In this document: piece after piece, positions 55,342-64,000 of the stretch
Position numbering within the stretch: the first letter of the stretch is position 1
How the letters are laid out: every line of letters starts with the position of its first letter
Source: Eledone cirrhosa
Lineage: Eukaryota
Assembly: GCA_964016885.1 (NCBI GenBank)
Contig: OZ024743.1
Location: 177,568,001-177,632,000, forward strand
Direction of reading: 5' to 3'
Length of the DNA: 64,000 nt
Program-made: the position numbers and the translations under genes
Notes under the pieces: model-generated
Seen by the model: the letters and a program-made list of their open reading frames with translations, nothing else
What the model was told of the DNA's origin: nothing
Database searches by the model: none

Positions 55342-58300
55342 AGTAATAATAATAAAATTGAAGACTAAAATCCAAAGAGGGCTCGATAAGGAAAATATAT
55401 ATCAAATATATAAGAACCGAAGAGCAAATATTTATTAAAATAACAGATTAAAGTTTAAGCAAAGAATCGCTGCTTTCACCCTTAACGGGATCTTCTGAAA
55501 CTAACAAAGTCAATCTGTAAACGCAGAACTTGATATTTCAAAAGACGTTGCAACCGGAGGAAGACAGGAAGACGATACTTTGGTTCATGGTGACGTTCGC
55601 TGGCAAAGAACGGGAAAAAACGAATAATACGTCATTAATAGGAGCGGTGAAAAACAATTACGCGCAAAGACAGAACCACGTTTATGGTATAAAAGAGGTC
55701 GTAGACTAATGTTCTCTAAGTGGTGCATAGAGACGTTGTCTGGCAATGAACGAAAAAACGAAGATAATAAGTCATATGTGGAGCGTGGAGAACAATAGCA
55801 CGCAAAGACAAAACCACGTAAATGGTATAGCAGAAGTTGTAGACTAAAATTCTAACTAGGAGACCGAATGAATCTCCGCTACAGAGTTAAGAACAAAGTA
55901 AATAAATACAATACTGAAGTAATAGAAACAAATACATACATACGCGCAAACAGATACGTACATACACAAGCATACTCAAAACCTTACCATAGGTATACAA
56001 AACCACGCACATATAAATATGTGTATGTGTGTATGCTTGTGTACAAATAAATAAATAATTATATAAACGTATATAAGTAAATAAATACGTATATAACAAG
56101 CGCACACACATACCTACAAATAAATACACGAAGGTTCGGAGACGTAAGTCAACTAAAGCAAGAAGTACACATATACACACACCCACCGTACGTACGAACC
56201 TGCATACTCACGCAGACGCAAAACTCCCATATACACATAACCAAACCCTAAATACCAGAATATGTAAAAATTATACGCCATAACAGTCAAATATACGTAC
56301 GAGAAGGTATACATACCTTCACAAAACATACGGGTAATATATACTTACCTATGCAAATAAGTAAAGGAATAAACAAAACATATACTTAGCTCCCACATCA
56401 AGACGTAAAATATCCACGTATAGATCGTGCTATCCGTTAGGGTATAACGTGGGGCTGTAATACAGGAAAGTTTTGTGCAATTTATGTTTACAAGCCGAAA
56501 TTGCCTCAGATTTTTTGTTTAAGATGTGGTCTGTGGCGTAGAGTATTTCCAGGGCCTCAGCGGCGCAGAGGTCACATGGTCTTTTATTTCCGTAATACGA
56601 TCTAGCCCTAGCTAGGATCTGCCAGTGTAACTTATATTGGGTGTGGTTATCTTTTAAACTCCAGATATAAGCTGAAAGTGACGTCATATTCCTTCTTAGA
56701 GGGTAACGAAAAGAATGGGTATGCATGTAAAGACGCTGCTTGAAACTATTGGCTGTTAACCCTATGTAGGCCCTACGGGACGTGGGTGTTACAACCTTAC
56801 ATTTGTAGACAATGTTACTAGAGAGGCATTTCCCGGATAGGGGACAATCAGCCCTATTTCTACAATTACAGTTAGTACTAACTACAGGGTTGCACGTGTT
56901 CCTACGGCTAGGTAGTTTAGCTAAATTTGAAGCTGTGACGTTATGTGCAAGGTTAGGAGTCGTAGAGTAAGAAATTTTAATAGTGTTTCTATTAAAATTT
57001 TTACTATATTTATGTGTAGGGGGAAAATTCTTCGTAATAAGGGAAAGAAAGATCTTAGCTAATGGTGTGGCCACCTCCATATTATATGGTGGGTTAAACC
57101 AACAAATGCGACGGGATCTATTTCTTCTAGGTCTATTCTCGTACTCTGTATATGCTACCCTATCGACAAATCCACTTCGAGCAAGAGCTTCATTGTAATA
57201 AGTGGAATGGTCGTTGAAAATGCGCTCGTTGGTGGAAAGACGGGAAAGCCTCAACGAAACGTTTTTTACCAGGTTCTTGGTTATGCTGGCAGGATGGTTG
57301 GAATGCTTACTTATGTAATTAAGCGTATCATTCGGCTTTCTATACGGGTAATACAACCCATTCAATAAATTGAGGGTAACGTCGAGGTAATTAACGACCG
57401 AGAGATTGGCCTCAACCTGTATAGAGAGGTTGAAGCCTTTAAAGAAGGCTGTGAGTTCTTTTCTGAATCTGTCGCAAGCACGAGGTCCGCACTTAGTCAT
57501 GGTCAAAAGACCATCGTCCTTGATAGAGAAAAGAAGGAAAAGGCCAATAAGATCAGTAACCTCCGCAGAGTCACTGGCGCCCATACTCACGTCGAATGGG
57601 GTACTATTGGATTTTTTAATCCAAATAGAGTCGTCGAAATTAATCACCGACTTTCGGGCATTAAGGATGACATCAACTTCGAAATCCTTAACCACTGTGA
57701 GTGTTTTAGCGAAATTGATAGCTCTAAGGAGAAGTGGTAAAGTGATGGAGGAGTAGTAATTGTTGATGTCGACTTGGATAAAAACGGCAATGTTCCTTGT
57801 TACATATGCCGTTGAACCAATCAATCACCGCGAAAGAATTGTTCCACAGTGCGAGAGGGGCCAAACTTCTAATTTCAGGTATAATTCTATCAAGAATCGT
57901 TTTACTAAGTCTACCTAAATCGGACTTCGTAGGGTTAATAAGCCGAATAGAGGGGTTGTTCGGAAAATTGGATTTGTGATCCTTCAGGGTAAAGTGGGGA
58001 GAGATAGGGTCCAGAGGTTCGGTCCGGTCCAGGATGTTGAGATCAGATGTGATTTTAAACCCAGCATCGTTGATTTCATTGATGACACACCGATAAGTTT
58101 TACGGTAATCTTTAGTTACAGCATTATGTAGTAGTTGATGGTAAGTACTGCGCTCCACTTGATATAGGTTGCCTGTTTTGTCGGAATGGACGTGCACGGC
58201 GTTAGAATCCTTAATAGAACGAATTCTATTCTTCAGGTCTTGCTGGAAGGAATTGCTCCTATTCCGAAATTTGATACTCCGAATGAGTTCCAAGACATCA

Positions 58301-58622
58301 TTTTCGAAGGGTAGCAATGCTGGGTTCCACGGAGGTTTATTATAGGTTTTAAATCCAAATGTGTCCTGTTTGTTGTCTGCTTTTCGCGGATTATCGAAAT
58401 AAAAGGCACGCCAACGCAACCTTTTAATGAACGCGTCTGTTTTCTGTATTAGGAGTTTTAGGTATGTTTTCCTGCTTGGTACGGGTATGTTCTTTGTAGA
58501 AATATTGCAACGTTTTTTGAAATATCCAGTTCTGCGTTTACAGATTGGCTTTGTTAGTTTCAGAAGATCCCGTTAAGGGTGAAAGCAGCGATTCTTTGCT
58601 TAAACTTTAATCTGTTATTTTA

Positions 58623-58630
<8 letters not shown>
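55342..58630 (-). mobile_element. Penelope-like element with an inverted terminal-repeat segment; ORF about 58500-56430 has one frameshift and a deletion at the catalytic motif
   Basis: STKNIPVPS..FIKRLRWRAFYF, SDKTGN, LKDHK, VNYLDVTLNL, SNHP, WFNPPY, CNCRNRADCPL..IVYKC..YIGLT..FKQRL. 55428-55552 is inverted at 58506-58630. Flanked by (TA)n. Confidence 0.92.
55452..55502 (-). ncRNA. Hammerhead-like motif with U4A core variant (identical copy at 58556-58606 on +)
   Basis: AGTTT CAGAAGA t CCC gttaa GGG t GAAA GCA gcgattctt TGC TT AAACT. Confidence 0.65.
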
Positions 58631-58672
<42 letters not shown>

Positions 58673-58858
58673 GGGTGGATTCGGCTAATTACCTCTTCTA
58701 GGCTTTATCAGGCAAATGAATTTAAGGGAAATGAAAGGAGTGAATGGGGGAGGATGACATGATCAGGGTAAGAGAAGGAAGAAAGAATGAGAAGAAACAG
58801 CAGAGTGGGATATGGAAGAAGATCAGTGAAAAGAATCGTGGTTCTCTCTGTCTGTCTG

Positions 58859-58917
<59 letters not shown>

Positions 58918-58930
58918 CTCTCTCTCGCTT

Positions 58931-58980
<50 letters not shown>

Positions 58981-59439
58981 CTCCTCTCTCTCTCCCCCTC
59001 TCTCTCTCCCTCTCTAACTTTGGAAGGACCTTCAGTTTTGTCAAAAGCATGACAATCCCTCGTATGCATTCGATGGAACTTGAGACCCTACATAAGCGAG
59101 ACATAGACCCCTGTTTCTCTTGGGAGATCAGTGGCACGAGACAGACTTTAACACTGCGATGGAGACTGGCGACCTATGGAAGTAAAATCTTGTATTCTCA
59201 GTTGCTACAGAGATAAGCACGGACACGATAAACATCCAGGCTCGAGACACACTTTACACATAACGGATGATGGGAATTAAAACCACACATTTGCTTAAGG
59301 GAAACGGAAACAATTGTAAATATTGTGATCATGAATACATAGTGTTGGCACTTTCAAACTATGGCAGATATATTTTTCCTTTCTAACAAATTAATCTGTG
59401 TCGTTAATTCCATTTTCTAGAAATGTCAAATATAGTTGT

Positions 59440-59840
59440 TTCTACTGATGGCACAAGGCCAGCAATTACCTCAGTGTATCACTGGTACTTTATTTTATCG
59501 ACCCCGCAAGGATGAAAGACAAAGTTAACCTCGGCGGGATTTAAACTCAGACCGTAAAGAGCCGTAACTCCATGCTGCAAAGCATGGCGTCCGACCCTCT
59601 ACCAATACTGCCAATCTACAAATATAATGATTTCTACTATAGGTAAAAGGCCAACAATTTTGGGGAGGGGAAAGTCGATTATATCGACCCAGTGCGTTAC
59701 TGGTTCTTTATTTTATCGACCCCGTAAGGATGAAAGGCAAAGTGGACCTCGGCGGGATTTGAAATCAGACCATAAAGGGCTGTAACTCTATGGCGTTACG
59801 TCTAAGCATGGCCTCCGAATCTCTACCAATACTGCTATTC
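59440..59840 (-). mobile_element. Two tandem SINE copies
   Basis: CTGGT(A/T)CTTTATTTTATCGACCCCG(C/T)AAGGATGAAAG occurs twice. Confidence 0.85.
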
Positions 59841-60083
59841 CGCAAATATAATAACATAGCATTGTATTAGTTTCCCCAAGTTTATCTATTATTAGGTGCA
59901 TTATATGCACTTATTTCTAGCTCAGCCAAGGAATTATAAAAATAATGTGATAGTAAAGAAAGACATGTGAAATATAAATATAGAATTTCTGTTACAGTTA
60001 ACGATAATATTCACCATAGATTGATCACACAAACATACACTTATACATACATAAATGCATACATAAATACATACATCAATACT

Positions 60084-60134
<51 letters not shown>

Positions 60135-60140
<6 letters not shown>

Positions 60141-60878
60141 AATTAAGTTAAAAATGTACATCTACATATGCATACTGAAATACTAGTATGCATATGAATA
60201 CACACACGTATACATATGTAGATGTACCAAGTCTTTCACTGGTTACTTTACTGTGAGTATCCAGCTATTCTGTATGTAAACACACAGACAAACCGGTTTT
60301 TAGAGTCATACTGGTTTTTGAGGAAACACCTTTCCTCTATTCTCCAGAAAGCCAGACAAGGAATATTGAACTAGTTTCGTTGTTGTTACAACTCATCAGC
60401 AATATTTACCTATCTACCGGCCTTTCTGGAGAATCGTAAAAGCACATATCGTTATATGCTTTTTCTATGAAAATTAGTAGTGGGCAGACTAATTTGCATA
60501 GAGTGTGAGTACGTACCGGTTCAACGGAGACGATAAAAACAAATAACGAAACGAAATTAAATTTCGTTTCGTTTGTAACTCACTTTTGTATGACTGACGC
60601 TTAAACAATTAAGTTAAAAATGTACATCTACATATGCATACTGAAATACTAGTATGCATATTGTCTGTGTGTTTACATACAGAATAGTTGGATACTCACA
60701 GTAAAGTAACCAGTGAAAGACTTGGTACATCTACATATGTATACGTGTGTGTATTCATATGCATACTAGTATTTCAGTATGCATATGTAGATGTACATTT
60801 TTAACTTAATTGTTTAAGCGTCAGTCATACAAAAGTGAGTTACAAACGAAACGAAATTTAATTTCGTTTCGTTATTTG

Positions 60879-60885
<7 letters not shown>
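60135..60885. repeat. Complex fold-back repeat between (TA)n tracts
   Basis: 60135-60292 is inverted at about 60660-60815; 60535-60660 is inverted at 60757-60883. Confidence 0.85.
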
Positions 60886-60950
<65 letters not shown>

Positions 60951-61002
60951 CACATACATACACGCACACACACATGCTTACATACATACATACGAACATA
61001 TA

Positions 61003-61518
61003 TAAGAGTGGCATTCAAAATTCGTTGAAAAAGGACAGTTGGAAAAAACGGGTTAAGTTATGATCTATATTTTCTAACATTGATACCAGCCTTTAAGCCC
61101 ATCTGTATAAAACTGAGGGCCATGCAATTTAAACCATTTCAAAGTACCTCTGTTTACATCTCAATCGGTTATCATCTTCAATCTCATATCTTCCAAATTC
61201 TAAAACGACTTATCCATTTTTAGGTTGTTGATTTCTTTGGGGCATTGTCCCCATAAACTTGCTCCAGAGCGTCAATGATTTGGCTCCACTTCCAGCCTAG
61301 CTTCACTATGAATTTGATGTTTATGTGGAGGATGTGTTGCTCGAGCGAGTGGTGTTGTCCAAATGGCGACACCGCGTGCAGCATGCATTTAAACGGTTCG
61401 TGTTAGAACATGTTATGACACGTTAGTACGAGAAGGTACAGGTGCATTGAGATTAAAATCCCTGCATATTATTTTTACCTATGCACTGTTTCCACGAACT
61501 TCTTGTAACACCCGCATA
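61003..61518 (-). mobile_element. Internally deleted mariner (Hsmar2/irritans-like) transposon
   Basis: Minus strand reads INIKFIVKLGWKWSQIIDALEQVYGDNAPKKSTT*KWISRFR and C-terminal PQFYTDGLKGWYQC; degenerate TIRs next to TA. Confidence 0.75.
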
Positions 61519-61879
61519 TATATACATAGATTCACACGCACACACACATACATACATACGTACAAATTCAAACAAACTGACGCGAAAGCTGATCTGCTTA
61601 TTCACGTGACTGCATCAACCAACAAAACTTCACTCATATATGAAAAAACAACCAGTCATATTCACTGAACCAGAACAATTCCCCCCATCCCATTTCACTT
61701 GACCATTATCTTTTGTTTGTCATAAAATTCTCTAAAAGGCCACAAAATAAATTCCCAAATACGGGCACGAAATTTAATGAACGTGTTCACGTGACAGTCA
61801 GAATTTCGTTTATACCCAATCAAATTACATTTGTAAAAAAAAGCCTTCGTGTGCCCCCTTTTTTTAAGTAAAAAGAAAT

Positions 61880-62432
<553 letters not shown>

Positions 62433-62471
62433 GTATATGTGTATATATATATACATGTACATGTATACGTG

Positions 62472-62501
<30 letters not shown>

Positions 62502-62504
<3 letters not shown>

Positions 62505-62694
62505 GAACCAGTAAGACCCCGACAGCTGAGCTCAAGCCGTTTCGACGGCTAATTCTGAGTCCAGAATTAGCCGTCGAAACGGCTTGAGCTCAGCTGTCGG
62601 GGTCTTACTGGTTCCTATTACCCACTCTACTACCTCAAGTATTGAGTACTTTGGTGCGTTATGGTCCACCTGGTTCCTTACCACATTTCCTTCG

Positions 62695-62698
<4 letters not shown>
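62502..62698. repeat. Third copy of the (TA)n-anchored hairpin element; perfect 56-bp arms and 4-nt loop (62502-62617)
   Basis: TAGGAACCAG...GGCTAATTCTG agtc CAGAATTAGCC...CTGGTTCCTA. Confidence 0.88.
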
Positions 62699-62747
<49 letters not shown>

Positions 62748-62782
62748 CGTATATATATACATGTATATGTATATATATGTAT

Positions 62783-62857
<75 letters not shown>

Positions 62858-62892
62858 CGTATATATATACATGTATATGTATATATATGTAT

Positions 62893-62969
<77 letters not shown>

Positions 62970-63858
62970 TAGTTTTATAAGTATAGTATTTATAAGTATA
63001 GTTCCCATTTATTTAATATCAATTGAATACTTACTCCAGAAAGTTGTCGAGTGCTTTGAATCAGTTGTAAACATCTATATTTGTTGGATTTACAACAAAT
63101 TAAATATATATATATATATATTTATATAGAAAAAGATGAAATCGAAAATGCAACTGGAATCTTATTTGTAAAAGAATATATATATTTATTTGCTTCCTTT
63201 ACCGGTTTCGCAATTCTTCTGCTTTTCAAAATTAGAGTTGAGATAGAGGGTCTGTGGTTTTTCTCCCATCTGGTTGGTCTTAGAATGTTACTTGTTTTAT
63301 ATGGAAAAAAGTCGCTCGAAACCCCAGGTTTTTAGAGAAGTAATTTGATTGGTTGGTCAATAAGTATAATAAATTTCGCGCCAGTTCAGGTTACAAAGTT
63401 CTTCAAACAAGGGGTGGTGTATAGGTTGTTTTTTCATATATGAGTGAAGTTTTGTTGGTTGATGCAGTCACGTGAATAAGCAAACTTACTCATATATGAA
63501 AAAAACAACCTGACCCCCCCCCCCTTGTTTGAAGAAATTTGTAACGCAAACTGGCGCGAAATGGATTACACTTATTGACCAACCAATCAAATTACTTCTC
63601 TAAAAACATGACGTTTCGAGCCACTTTTTTCCATATTAAACAAGTAACATTCTAAGACCAACCAAATGTGAGAAAACCCACAGACCCTCCATCTCAACTC
63701 TACTTTTGAAAAGCAGAAGAACTGCGAAACCGGGAAAGGAAACAAATAAATATATATATATTTTTTAAATAAGACTCCAGTGCATTTTCGATTTCATCTT
63801 TATACATTCACTCGTATAGAACCCACCGGTTATTTTTTATTTTGTAAAAAAACCTCAC

Positions 63859-63973
<115 letters not shown>

Positions 63974-64000
63974 AAAGTCCTATTTAAATTGTTGGGATAC

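Noticed and set aside
56430-57824. 464-aa PLE ORF as a possible intact or domesticated gene
   Set aside because: Frameshifted from its N-terminal part, and the GLYRDD region is partly deleted (FSIKDDGL).

Overview
AT-rich, microsatellite-saturated eukaryotic DNA. The repeat spectrum suggests a cephalopod, probably Octopus (inference, not proven). The window lies inside one minus-strand ALK/LTK-family receptor tyrosine kinase gene. Six coding exons (52058-51875, 44829-44739, 24745-24681, 20725-20593, 18325-18228, 4728-4636) have GT/AG ends, join in frame, and match the phases and nearly the sizes of human ALK exons 20-25. The introns are filled with retroelements and DNA transposons: an RTE LINE, three Tx1/L1-clade LINEs ending in (TATC)n (two of them fused head-to-head), two Penelope-like elements (PLEs) plus fragments, CRE and R4/Dong fragments, non-autonomous Helitrons, a deleted mariner and many tRNA-derived SINEs. 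The least obvious signals are about 12 type I hammerhead ribozyme (HHR) motifs folded by eye, including U3-A8, U4A and long-stem-II variants, several sense to the kinase pre-mRNA, and a recurring set of (TA)n-anchored fold-back palindromes. All folds and alignments were done by hand; no database searches were run.
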